From contig OX597834.1 in the NCBI GenBank assembly GCA_951406725.2, forward strand, positions 39,866,001-39,930,000: DNA of 64,000 nucleotides, read 5' to 3'. The translations under genes were made by a program, and so were the position numbers. Source of the DNA: Octopus vulgaris. Taxonomy: Eukaryota. Every line of letters starts with the position of its first letter. Positions within the stretch are counted from its first letter, which is position 1. Below the pieces are notes generated by a model. The model saw nothing but the letters and a program-made list of their open reading frames with translations, was not told the origin of the DNA and did not search any database. Below are positions 42,772 to 55,824 of the stretch, one piece after another.

Positions 42772-43126
42772 TATATACACACATATATATATATACATAT
42801 ATATTCATATATATGCACACATATGTTTGCGCAAATACATACATACAAATATGTACCCACACATACATATATATATATAGGTATACATACATTATCAAAT
42901 ATATGTACATACGTATATGCACATTTTATTTTGTAATTTGCCGAGATTTTGATTTTTCTACAGAATACATTTAACACACACACATACGTATATACATACA
43001 CATACATGCATACACAATACACACATATAGATACACACACAGATAGATACATACATACAACTAAATAGCAGAAAATAAAGACCTATGTACAAGCATATAT
43101 ATATATTTATATTTATATATATATAC

Positions 43127-43174
<48 letters not shown>

Positions 43175-43379
43175 TGAAATGTATGCATATGTGTGTGTAT
43201 ACACACACACGCACAAAATACACCTATATTATTGTGTAACCAGCTCTTTTCATCTCTCACATACAGATCCAGCAGACACACAGACATGCATGCACATAAT
43301 TTATATTTTATTCAATATTCCAATTTTTCAAAAAAAAAAACAAGAAATTTCTCCACACTTCCAATAAATGAAGAATAAC

Positions 43380-43706
43380 CTGCAGTGTAAAGTTAGAGGC
43401 CGATGCGTCTGCCTGTCTGTGTGTCTTCCACAGACAATCCAGAGACTCTATAATGGAGAGGAATTTCAATTCCAATATTGTGGAAAAAATTTCATTGATA
43501 ATTTCTGTGCTTGCTAACGAGGTTAGGGATGACAGAATGAAAAACCAAAAAGAAAAAGTGAATGGAAGATTTGAGTCAAAGAATGACAGAATGACAGAAT
43601 GATAGAATAACAACGAAGCAACGATTGAATATGTGAGAGAAATATTGGTCGAATGTCGACAAAGGAATGGCTGCATGGAAGAAATGCCATGAAATAGCTG
43701 CAACAT
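43380..43706 (-). CDS. Weak candidate alternative first exon, 109 codons, hydrophobic (MLQLFHG...SNFTLQ)
   Basis: Unique sequence, open from ATG 43706 to CAG|GTTATT at 43380. The donor is weak and the pyrimidine-rich strand lowers stop frequency. Confidence 0.2.
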
Positions 43707-43980
43707 TTTGAAGAAATAGCGTGACACTAGTCAAACGGAATAACTGTACATCGATGCCGATTTCATTGCAGCTGGCAACATTCCAGCAAGTCCTCTGTAC
43801 TTTTATGTCTTCCATATTGTTTAGCCCCCACCCCACCCACACGCCTCTCCTTCTCACCCTCCCTCCCTCTCTCTTTCTCTCCCTCTCTCTCTCTCTCTCT
43901 CCACCTTTTCTGCTGTCAATATCAATCTGACATCAATAGGCTAAACGATTATAAATTTATTCCTCATGCAATCATTATTA

Positions 43981-44024
<44 letters not shown>

Positions 44025-44076
44025 TTTATCATTATTATTGTTATTTATTTATTATTAATATTATTATTTTTATTAC

Positions 44077-44107
<31 letters not shown>

Positions 44108-44466
44108 TTTATCATTATTATTATTTTTTATTTATTATTATTATTATTGTTGTTGTTGTTGTTTCTGTTGCCCTTGTTGTTGTTGTGTTATTATTTTTAC
44201 GATGATAATAAAAATAATCATGATGATGATGGTGACGACGATGATGATGATGATGCCTTTTATTTGCCACCAGGGCAAAAAGATGAAGGGGACAACACAG
44301 AGACAGACGTAAAGGGCTGGGGGTTTACTTACATATGATGAAATAGTGAAATAAATAAATAAATAAGTAACAAAAAAAACCTGAAAAAGGGGTAAGTATA
44401 CACAGTATGGAGTGAAAAGAAATGGAAACATACGCAGTATACAAATGTAAAAAAAAAAAACTAATA

Positions 44467-44509
<43 letters not shown>

Positions 44510-45230
44510 TTATTAATAATAATAATGATAATAATAATAATAATAATGATGATGATAATAATAATAATAATAATAGTAATAATAATAATAATTCATTCAT
44601 TTATTGGCCACAAGGGCTAATATAGACAAACATAAAATGATAGGACACAGCATAGAAGAGAATACAAGGTGATACAAAAAGTTTTACAGCGTGTAAACAT
44701 TAAAAAACAATAAAAATTAAACAAAATGTAAACCCGCAATAGGGGGAGGTGCTTTAAGGCTACTCATGAAAGAACACAGACACACAGACACACACACTTA
44801 TTACTTATTATATTATATTTAACTTTTTTATACTTTTTGGTTAGTTACATAAAAAAAGAATTTAAAAATTTAAAAATATAAATTTAAAAAATTTAAAATT
44901 TTAATAATTAAAATTTTATATTTTATATATATATTATATATTATATTAACTATATTTATTTTTTGTTTTTTATGTTTTGGTTTATGTCTATCACTGTTTG
45001 AGTTGTATAATAGTGGTTTTATCTCTAATTTAATTTATATTTATACTGTGAAATTTGATTTAATACTAAATCTAATTTTTCCCTGTAAGTTTGGATATAC
45101 TCCCTAATATATTATTATATATATATATATATACATAGGGAGAGTTTACGAAAAAAACAACAAAAGACGAAGACAGGTGGTGTACAAAACAAACAGATGT
45201 ATTAGTATAACGCTCAGGAATAGAAAAAGT

Positions 45231-45266
45231 CTTTTACGTTTCGAGCCTACGCTCTTCTACAGAAAG
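45231..45266 (-). ncRNA. Variant minimal hammerhead-like motif in a Penelope-like remnant (~45136-45280)
   Basis: CUUU-CUGUAGA-A-GAGC-guag-GCUC-GAAA-CG-UA-AAAG; stems perfect, core position 6 is U. Confidence 0.5.
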
Positions 45267-45454
45267 GGACACATAAAAACAGATATATGACAGGCTTTTT
45301 CAGTTTCCATCTACCAAATCCACTCACAAGGCTTTGATTGGCCCAAGGCTATAGTAGTAAACACTTGCTCAAGGTGCCACGCAGTTGGACTGAACCTGGA
45401 ACCATGTGGTTGGTAAGCAAGCTACTTACCACATAGCCACTCCTGCACTTATTA

Positions 45455-46157
45455 TAGGCACAAGGGTTGAAATAGTCAAATACAATAACCCAAGATCATG
45501 ACTGGTACTTTATTGAATTCTAAAAAATGAACAGCAAAGTCAACTTCAGTGGAATTTGAAATCAGAGCTTAGAGAACCGTAATAAATTTCACAGAGTATT
45601 TCCTCTGATGTGCTAACCATTCTGCTAACTCACAGCCTTTGTAATAATAATAATAATAATGATGATGATGATGAAAGGCGGCAAGCTGGCAGAAACGTTA
45701 GCACATCGGATGAAATACTTAGCAGTATTTCGTCTGTCTTTATGTTCTGAGTTCAAATCCCACCGAGGTCGACTTTGCCTTTCATCCATTCGGGGTCGAT
45801 AAATTAAGTAATGTAAACTCCCAATACTGGGGTTGATCTAATCAACTGACCACCCAGCTCCCCAAAAATTTCGGGCCTTGTGCCTAGAGTAGATAAGAAT
45901 AACGATGATGATTATGATGATGGTGATGCCTTCTGCTAAAGGCATTCGTGGGGAGGTGGAAAGTCAATCATATCAATGTAAAGATTGATGCAATGCCATT
46001 GAGCATTTTCCCTGATGTGCAAAACCAATTTATCAACCCCAAAAGGATAAAAGGCAATATCAAATTTGGTGGTATTTGAACTCAGAACATAAAGATGGAT
46101 GAAATACTGCTAAGCATTTCATCCAGCATGCTAACGATTCTGCCATCTTGCTGCCTT
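45455..46157. mobile_element. Three SINE B copies in -/+/- orientation. Other B copies at ~11270-11487, 16505-16655, 17995-18420, 29697-29872, 39470-39630, 48510-48740, 50005-50460.
   Basis: Shared gaatttgaactcagaac / gttctgagttcaaatt blocks. Confidence 0.85.
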
Positions 46158-46686
46158 GACGGCACAACACCATGTACCATGATGATCCATGTTCTATAGC
46201 TGCTACATGGTGACGGATGGTGATGGTAATGGTAGTGGAGGTGGTGATGGAGGGTGGTGGTGGTTGTGGTGGTGGTGGTGGTGGTATTGATGATGATGAT
46301 GATGAGCCAAAATAGAACCAGTGGCCAGCAGAAAGTTAGATTCGAAGTGATACATGTTCTAAATGGTTAAAGTTCCACAGAATAATAAGTTGGAAAAACA
46401 GACGGAGTTTAATTTACATTTAAATGCTGCCTTCAAAGAATGGAAGGAAAAGAAGTAACCATCACCTCTCTCTCTCTTTCCCTCTCTTTTTATATATATA
46501 TATATAGATAGATATATATATATATATAGATAGATAGATAGATAGATAGATAGACAGATAGATAGAAAATATACATACTCAAATACATATTATATACACA
46601 GACATATATACACATATATACAGATATTTATCTACAAATATTCATATATTCACAAATATACTTACATATATATTCACATATATACT

Positions 46687-46724
<38 letters not shown>

Positions 46725-46865
46725 TACATAGATGATGTACATAGATATGCAAATACATATTTATATACACAGACATACATATATAGACATATACATATAC
46801 ATTTATCTACAGATATTCATATGATATATACTTACCTATATATATGTATGTATATATACACACAG

Positions 46866-46908
<43 letters not shown>

Positions 46909-48109
46909 AAACCTATACTTTCTCACACAAGTCTAAGTTTATATATAGATGTAAATGTGTATAGATCTATACACACAAACACACACACACACACACTGAT
47001 GTGCTAAATATATATATATCTCACCACCACCTGCACCACCGTTAGTTTTCCATTCCTCGGCCTCTCACTCACCAACAAAAAGTCTTCTGTGTTCTTCAGA
47101 TCACTTTGTTATCAGAAGATTATGTAATTCGTCCATGCTTCAATACGTCGGAACAATACAGACATAGAAATACATTCTGACACAAAACACCAGTCACATA
47201 TGGCTTACCTACTTCAGCCTTTCTCTCTCTCTCTCTCTCTTATCTGTTTTTATATACAGTGTGTGTGTGTGTGTATTTGTGAGTGTATATGTGTGCATGC
47301 ATTTATATACATATATATGAATGTATGTTTATGAATTTATGCGTGTGTTCACCTATAAATGTGTGTGTATGCATATATAGGTCTGTATGTATATATTTAA
47401 ACATATATATGTGTGTGTATATACATATATATATATACATATATGTGTGTGTATATACAAATATGTGTATATACATATGTATATGTGTGTATATATAGAT
47501 ATGTACAAGTGTGTGTATATACAAATATATGTATATATACATATGTATATGTGTGTGTATATACATATGTACATGTGTGCGCATGTACATATGTATATAT
47601 GTTTGTATACATATGTATATGTGTGTATATACATATGTTCATGTGTGTGTGTATATACAAATACATGTGTGTATGAATATACATACATATATATAAGAAA
47701 ATGAGATGACAAAGAAATAAATGCTTATGAACTGCATTGGCTTACAGTTGTTTCTGCTATCAGATGCTGTGGACTCATAGCTGTGTAACACCTCATAGCT
47801 ACAAGCTAATGAATCCTTTGTCATGTCATTTTCTTATTTCTACTCTGTACTCGAATAACACCTCATGCTGAAGCTTATATATATATATTGAGATCTACAC
47901 CCAGAGGTATGACTATCATTCTGTCACAACCTATAATACACTACCACACATCCATTGCATTAGTAAATAGACTATATAGTACAGTTCTATATTTAAGAGA
48001 TGAGGAATTATGTACATTATTTACATTATTTACATTTGACGGATATTTATCCTCATCTTGTTTGTTGTTAACACTTATTATTTTTTTAATTATTACTATT
48101 ATTATTGTT

Positions 48110-48232
48110 ATTGCCATTGCACAGCTTCTAATGCTGAAGATGTACTACAGTGTCAGCTGTTCACTACCAGTGAACTAAGGTAACACCTCTTATTTTTCGA
48201 ATACCTTCTGGAGTATTCGAGCGGTTCCAAGC
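48110..48232 (-). mobile_element. Second short 3' fragment of the same R4/Dong-like LINE
   Basis: Matches 38823-38940 (ttgcacagcttcta..gtgaactaaggtaacacc..ggagtattcgagc.gttccaag); flanked by ATT/AAT repeats. Confidence 0.8.
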
Positions 48233-48247
48233 AAAGACAATGACAAT

Positions 48248-48281
<34 letters not shown>

Positions 48282-48753
48282 TAGAAAGGATGGTGGTAAC
48301 TCCTCCTGAAGATATAGAGTCAAAATTAAAAGAAGAGTGCCACCGTTATCTAGTGAACGTGGTTCAAAATATAAATTTGTCAATCTACTTCATTGAAGAC
48401 ACACAAGATGTCGAAATAGCATTCACTAGATAACAATGGCACTCTTCTTTCAATTTTGACTTTACTACTACTACTACTAATAATAATAATAATAGTAATA
48501 ATAATAATAATAATCCTTTCTACTAAAAGCACAGGGACTGAAACTTTGTGGGAAGAGTTAAGTCGATTACAGCAACCCCAGTGTTTCACTGGTACTTAAT
48601 TTATCGACCCCTGCCCCATAAAAAAAAAGAATGAGAGACAAAATCGACCTTGGCAGAATTTGAACTCAGAACGTAAGGACGAATGAAATGTTTAGTGGCA
48701 TTTCGTCCAGTGTGCTAATGATTCTGCCAGCTCACCACTTAATAACAATAATA

Positions 48754-48829
<76 letters not shown>

Positions 48830-49600
48830 CAATAATAATAATAATTACAGTTTCTAATTTAGGCACAAGGCCAGTAATAATTACCATCACCATCATCATC
48901 ATCATCATCATCACTCTGACCATTGATGGTATAAATATGTTGACTGCGTAATCAACATTTATTGAATTTATATTACTAATCAATATTTATTATGTACGTT
49001 ATAAATCATTTATCAATATATTGATGAATGCGTGAACATATTTCTAGCACATTCAACAAATTTATAGATTGTGCGGCTTTTGTTTATTATTGTTCATGAC
49101 AATCCTTAAACTTCGTTTATTATTTCTTGTGTCTTGCGAAAGAATTATTGCAACAACTTCAGAAAGTATTCATATACCAGGGAAATACCACCACCACCAG
49201 TACCACTACTACCACCATCACTACTACTACTACAGTTACCGCTACTATTATTACTACTACTACTCTTTTACACTTTTACTTGTTTCAGTCATTTGACTGT
49301 GGCCATGCTGGAACACTGCCTTCAGTCGAGCAAATCGAACCCCAGGACTTATTTTCTTTGTAAGCCTAGTACTTATTCTATTGGTCTCTTTTGCTGAACT
49401 GCTAAGTTCTATATTTAAGAGATGAGGAATTATGTACATTATTTACATTGGACGGATATTTGCCCTCATCTTGATTGTTGTTAACATTTCAGCTGATATA
49501 CCCTCCAGCCTTCATCAGGTGTCTTGGGGCTACTAACCCCAAGATTCCGAATTCAATTCCAGGCAGTGACCCAAATGATGATGATGATGAGGAGGAGGAG

Positions 49601-49620
49601 AATAATAATAATAATAATAA

Positions 49621-49651
<31 letters not shown>

Positions 49652-49801
49652 AAGAAGAAGAAGAAGAAGAAGAAGAAGAAGAAGAAGGAAGAAGAAGGAA
49701 GAAGAAGGAAGAAGAAGTAGAAGAAGGAGAAGAAGAAGAAGAAGAAGAAGAAGAAGAAGAAGAAGAAGAAGAAGAAGAAGAAGAAGAAGAAGAAGAAGAA
49801 G
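49601..49801. repeat. (AAT)n(GAA)n compound microsatellite, ~180 bp purine tract
   Basis: Direct reading. Confidence 0.95.
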
Positions 49802-49849
49802 ATCGAAAAATACCTTAGAAATGAGAACCCGGGTCTGAAATTTCTCCAA

Positions 49850-49895
49850 GACACCTGATGAAGGCTGGAGGGTATATCAGACGAAACGTTGTATT
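49850..49895 (+). ncRNA. Minimal Penelope-type hammerhead motif (inverted partner at ~49481-49523)
   Basis: GACAC-CUGAUGA-A-GGCUG..CAGAC-GAAA-CG-UU-GUAUU. Confidence 0.6.
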
Positions 49896-50461
49896 AACAA
49901 CAAACAAGATGAGGACAAATATCGGTCGAATGTAAATAATGTAAAGATCAAGGATATCTTCCAAAATAAGTAACACTTTAAAATGAACGTTATATCCTTA
50001 TATTAAGGTCATGAACTGGCAGAATACTTGGTACATTGGACAAAATACTTTATGGCCTCGCACCTGTTTTTATGTCCTGGGTTAAAACTCCTGTGAGGTT
50101 AACTTTGTTGTTCATTCTTTCAGGATGATAAAATAAATATCAGTTGACCACTGGGGTCTAATGTCATCAACTAGCCACTCCTTACATAATTCCAGGCCTT
50201 GAGCCCATAGCAGAAAGGGTCATTACTGTTAATTAAGGCAGCAAGCTGACAGAATCGTTAGCACGGTAGACGAAATGCTTAGCAGTATATTTCATCTGTC
50301 GTTATGTTCTGAGTTCAAATTCTGCTAAGGTTGACTTTGATTTTTGTCCTTTTGGGGGTGGGGTCAATAAATTAAATACCAGTTATTTACTAGGGTCGAT
50401 CTAATCGACTGGCCTCCTCCCCGCAAATTTCAGGCCTTGTGCCTATAGTAGAAAGGATTAT

Positions 50462-50495
<34 letters not shown>

Positions 50496-51332
50496 ACTAT
50501 ACTACGTTCAAAATTTACTTTGTGGAATATCTATTTAAATACATAGGCACAGGAGTGGCTGTGTGGTTTCAAGCTCGGAATTTCTGGAACCACTGTTACC
50601 AGCATCGCCTTACTGGCATGTGAAAAAACATTCGAGCGAGGTCGTTGCCAGTGTCGCTGGACTGGCTCCTGTGTCGGTGGCATGTAAAAAAAAAGCACCA
50701 TTTGAGTGTGATCGTTACCAGCATCGCCTTACTGGCTCTTGTTCCGGTGGCATGTGAAAAAACATTCGAGCGAGGTCATTGCCAGTGTCGTTGGACTGGC
50801 TCCTGTGCAGGTGGCACGTAAAAAAAAACACCATTTGAGTGTGGCTGTTGCCAGTACCATCTGACTGGCCCTCATACCAGTGGCACCTAAAAGCACCCAC
50901 TATACTCTCAGAGTGGTTGGTGTTAGGAAGGGCATCCAGTTGTAGAAACTCTGCCAGATCAGATTGGAGCCTGGTGCAGCCATCTGGTTTGCCAGCCAGT
51001 CAAATCATCCAACCATGGAAAGCGGGCGTTAAATGATGATGATGATGATGATATATATATATATATATATATGAGAGGTTTTGGTGTATCCAGAAGACCC
51101 AAAATGGCAGGCAAGGCTATGTAACTACTACAGAAGGACTGTAGTTAGACTTCTGGTTTGGTAATAATAGTATGAGTGAGATGTTTGATGCTGGTTATGA
51201 GTTAGCTTGTATATGTTAAATAAAATTAGAAAAACAAAGCCAACCCTCTATACTTCCTATATCTCTCTACCTTTCCAAAATAACTTTTTATATTAAACTC
51301 TGCTATTTCCCTCTAGTTAACTCTCTCATATC

Positions 51333-51379
51333 GTGTCTGATGAAGGGATATCCCTCATTTACCAGAAACAGCTGTAAGG
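51333..51379 (+). ncRNA. Degenerate hammerhead-like motif
   Basis: CUGAUGA-AGG...CCA-GAAA-CAGCUG-UA with a palindromic stem III; stem I is poor. Confidence 0.4.
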
Positions 51380-51469
51380 CTACCTTTCTCTTTATAAATG
51401 TCCTAGAAATTTCACACAGCATTGGTATTGTTGTCTTGTTTTAATTAACATGCATATGTATGTATGTAT

Positions 51470-51743
51470 GGCCACTGGTGGTGGTGTAACACACCAAACT
51501 AATAATATCTGTCGGGCATGTGGAAGAGAGTGTAATTCGGCAGGAGGACTTAAACGACATGCAAAGGTACATGAAGCCCAGTTACAACTACAGCCAGCTA
51601 TTACCAGTAAAGGTTTTAGCTGCCAATTCTGTACAAGACATTGTAGATCTTTAGCTGGGCTAAAAAGTCACATTCGATCACAGCACCAGTAACAGTTAAG
51701 CTTCGTGCAATGGCTATACTCGATAACGAGGGGGCAGCCATCA
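51470..51743 (+). mobile_element. 5'-truncated RTE-like LINE 3' end encoding two C2H2-like zinc fingers
   Basis: CRACGRECNSAGGLKRHAKVH and CQFCTRHCRSLAGLKSHIRSQH*, short 3' UTR, (ATGT)n on both sides. Confidence 0.7.
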
Positions 51744-52382
51744 TGTATGTATGTATGTAAAAATACACACACACATCTATATATACTTGTATATGTTTGT
51801 GTATATTAAATTTACTAACGCTTTACACTTGTCACATTTGAAGTTAGGGATTGTCACAAAATGTAATAAATGAAAACTCCACAGATTTGACCAAATATTT
51901 TTGTTTATAAACAATTCAGATTCCATTTTAAACATCCTGACATCCTGAAAATATCAGATCAGACATGAGTATAGCCATTGGGTCACGATACAGGCACACT
52001 TGAGATATATGGTGACCTAATCTTGTTATATTTTAACAATCAAATTGAGCGGTTTATAAGTGTTTGTAACGACCAATATAGTCTTGGAAATTTGGGAGGA
52101 CGAGAAGAGAAACGTAAACAAGTTTTTCGCACTTCCACACACTTAAGCGAGATATTTTGAGAGTGTCTTACTGACATACAGATCCTGTTGATTGTGATTG
52201 GCCCACAAAATTTTTTTATTTTTCTTGTTTCCGTCTTTGGACTAAATGCTCTGCTGGGGCAGATTTAGTCAGTATTTAGGCAATATTCAGTCCAAGTCAA
52301 ATCCTATAACTTTTTTTTTTTTAGATCAGGTACTTATTCTATCAATCTCTTTTGCTGAACTGTTAAGTTACAGGGATGTAAA

Positions 52383-52738
52383 GGTGCAGGTGTGGCTGTG
52401 TGGTAAGAAGCTTGCTCCTCAACTATATGATTCTGTGTTCAGTCCCACTGCATGGCACTGTGGGTAAATGTCTTCTAAATGAATGGATTTGATAGATGGA
52501 AACTGGAAGAAGCCCATCGTATATATGTGTGTGGGTGTCTTTGTATATATGTTCGTCCCCCACCAGAACTTGACAACCGGTGCTGGTACATTTATGTACC
52601 CATAACTTAGTGGTTTGGCAAAAGAGACCGATAGAATAGGTACCAGGCTTTAAAAAATAAGTCCTGGAGTGATTTGTTCAAGGAAAACCCTTCAAGGCAG
52701 TGCCCCAACATGACTGCAGTCTAATGACCGAAACAAGT
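52383..52738 (+). mobile_element. SINE A, diverged full length
   Basis: Head ggtgcaggtgtggctgtgtggtaag to tail gaccgaaacaagta. Confidence 0.85.
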
Positions 52739-52792
52739 ATCGACTAAAACAAACAAAAAAAAACTGACACAGGTTGCCAAGCAGAGGCAAGG

Positions 52793-52828
<36 letters not shown>

Positions 52829-53205
52829 TATACATCTAGAATGTGTAAAACTTTGCTGTCTTTCATTCATTTCTCTCCTTTAAAACATTTTCCTAAAGAA
52901 GGACACTGTCTGAATCATTGGGTTTTCCACTCCTCCTCACAGCAAGTTCACAGCACTCTTTTTATTGATTGTACTACATAAGTTTCGCTGATACAGATCT
53001 ACACCAACCACTTTGGAGACTCTTTGATCATGCGTATATATATATGTGTGTGTGTGTGTGTCGAGTTAAATAACTATGTATTACCCCCTGAGTATTTTGT
53101 ATTATTAATGCACTATGTGACTTTATTTGTGTGTGAATGTCTCTTTCTTTCTGTCTATATATACATATAAATATATATATATACATACATATATATATAT
53201 ATATA

Positions 53206-53451
53206 GGGTTAGCCAAAAGTCACCAGACAGTAAATCAAAACCATTTAATTCCGAGATTAGAGCACAAAAAATTATTTTATATAAGATTTCGCTAATCGAT
53301 AGACAAATGTTAAAAAAAAAAATTTTAAATTGTGATTTTGACTCACAGCATTCAATTATTAAACGTTCCTAATTAGAATGAATCAATAAAATTGAAATTT
53401 AAATATTTATGGAATTTTGATTTACTGTCCGGTGACTTTTGGCCAACCCTG
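53206..53451. mobile_element. Tc1/mariner-type MITE
   Basis: TIRs agggttagccaaaagtcaccagacagtaaatc / gatttactgtccggtgacttttggccaaccctg in a (TA)n context. Confidence 0.85.
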
Positions 53452-53457
53452 CATATA

Positions 53458-53517
<60 letters not shown>

Positions 53518-53848
53518 CATATATATATATAGTTTATATTCATATGAATTAAGAAAATGGACATTGGGAAGTTAATAATTGTTTATTATGAACAGCAAAT
53601 AAATCATCACCTGTAAGGGATGATTAATTAGCTGTTAATAATTAACAATTATTAACTTCCCAATTTCCATTTTCTTCATCGTCTTTTATATGAATATAAA
53701 TTATATGTTTTTATATATACACCTATTATTTTAAAGAAATAAATTACCCTCAAAATACTAGGTATTGAACCAGTATTTCCTTGGATGAAACCATCCCTTG
53801 ATGAGGTTAACACAACCCCTATTCAAATTTATACATATACATACATAT

Positions 53849-53902
<54 letters not shown>

Positions 53903-53960
53903 CTGTATGACCAAAACAAGTAAACCTATTTTTGGGCCATCCTGTATGTATGAATATATG

Positions 53961-54000
<40 letters not shown>

Positions 54001-54414
54001 GTAGATATAACATCTGTTCTTAGATTAGAGGACAAAATATGGTGGTGATATAGAACAGGCTTTTTTTACACCACCCTTATCATCATTATCATCATTTACT
54101 ACATTATCATCAGCTCACCCTACTTTCATCCTCATTCACCCCACTCCGCCCCACCCCACTTTCATCATCATTCACCACCCCCTCATCCAGCCTCCCTCCC
54201 CCACCCATTAAATGCAATTCGTTGTAAAACCATGTAGCGTATCATGTGAATGAAGTTTAGGTACGTGGAGGTGTTTCTAAAGAATGTATGTGCGTATGTG
54301 TGTGTGTGTGTGTATAGAACTGTGTCAAATGAATGTGAGTATGTGTGTATGTAGTTCATATATGCGAGTATATGCATATGTGAATGTACATACATATATA
54401 CACCCACAGACACG

Positions 54415-54452
<38 letters not shown>

Positions 54453-54832
54453 TATATACACATGTAGACACATGCATATACACATATTTACACACATACA
54501 CACACATCTATACATATATATACACACATGTACATATGCATACACACACACACACACATATACATATATAGATATAAAGAACACAAATGTGGTTTAAACT
54601 CCATTTGTGTTCTTTTTATACCTACACCTAACTGAGAAACCACCCTGATTTGGTTCTATGGTTCCACTGGATTTAGTACTTACATATCTACAGTATCCTA
54701 CCAACATCCAATACATTTATGGTCGTTTTACTGAATCATGGACCCTATGTTATTGTACCTAGCCATTTCTGACAGCTTACGCATTGATGTGCCTGGATTC
54801 TACTGAATCCTATAACTAATCTATATTCTTCT

Positions 54833-55216
54833 GTTCTTTTACTTGTTTCACTCATTTGACTGTGACCATGCTGGAGCACTACCTTTAAACAATTTTAGTC
54901 AAATGTATCAACCCCACAAGATTATTTTTTTAATACTTATTCTATTAGCTGGACCACTAAGTTACAGGGACATAAACATACCAACGCCGGTTGCCAAGAA
55001 GTGATGATGGGGAGGGGGTGACAAATGCAGGCAGAAAAACACACATATATACCATGGGCTTCTTTCAGTTTCCATATGCCAAGTCCCCTTACAAGGCTTT
55101 GGTCGGCCTGAGGTTATAGTAGAAAACACTTGTCCAAGGTGCCTTGCAGTGGGACTGAACCCAGAACCATGTGGTTGAGAAGCAAGCTTCTTACTACACA
55201 GTCATGCCCACCTGCA
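54833..55216 (-). mobile_element. SINE A, diverged full length. Further partial copies at ~1972-2120, 6401-6501, 15135-15252, 17648-17950, 19877-19990, 22305-22480, 22654-22751, 24755-24970, 37735-37890, 38265-38420, 45285-45448, 49263-49405, 57388-57590, 57985-58130.
   Basis: Shared blocks tttcagtttcc.tctaccaaatccactcacaaggc and gggactgaacc..gaaccatgtgg. Confidence 0.85.
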
Positions 55217-55228
55217 CACACACACACG

Positions 55229-55280
<52 letters not shown>

Positions 55281-55381
55281 TAGTGAATCCAAACAAAGAA
55301 GAACGAACAAGAAAAAACAATGATGCGAGGACGTGGTGCAAGTACTGTATTATCAGAGGCTCAGGAAAGGAAGGAAAGAGG

Positions 55382-55416
55382 ATTTAATGTTTCGAGCCAA
55401 GCTCTTTGTCAGAAAT
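55382..55416 (-). ncRNA. Decayed minimal hammerhead motif in a Penelope-like remnant (~55283-55480)
   Basis: AUUU-CUGACAA-A-GAGC-uug-GCUC-GAAA-CA-UU-AAAU; both deviations are CpG-type transitions. Confidence 0.5.
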
Positions 55417-55642
55417 AGAAGAAAGTCCAAAAGAAGGGAAGACAGAGGGAGAAAATCGCCAACGATACACACGTGGTTACATTAGATAAATAGACTTTTA
55501 AATAGATTTTAAAATGTTAATTGTACTAGCCGGTCAGAGAGTGACCATTGGTTTCACACCTATAAACTGCTTAGCTGTATAGGCGACCTGTTAGACTCAA
55601 TTCGCTGGAGGCATATAATCTCTCTAGTGCTTTCAACTATTT

Positions 55643-55702
55643 GAGTCTGACGAGTCACCTGTACAGGTAAGCGCTTTATAGGTGTGAAATCAATGGTCAC
55701 AC
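55643..55702 (+). ncRNA. Type I hammerhead ribozyme motif (with a decayed inverted partner at ~55539-55598)
   Basis: GAGU-CUGACGA-GUCACCUGUA...UAUAGGUGU-GAAA-UCAAUGG-UC-ACAC. GUC triplet. The partner copy has a perfect GAGU/ACUC stem I but core CUAACAG. Confidence 0.7.
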
Positions 55703-55824
55703 TCTGACCACTGGCCATAACAAACAACCTTCTAAATATTACTGCTCTAATGTTTAAGATTCTGCTTCTTTTCAGAATGATGACTGACTGATTATATATA
55801 TATATATGTGTGTGTATGTGTACA

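Noticed and set aside
51450-51692. Host C2H2 zinc-finger gene
   Set aside because: The start lies in a microsatellite, there are no canonical linkers, and it has a LINE-like tail
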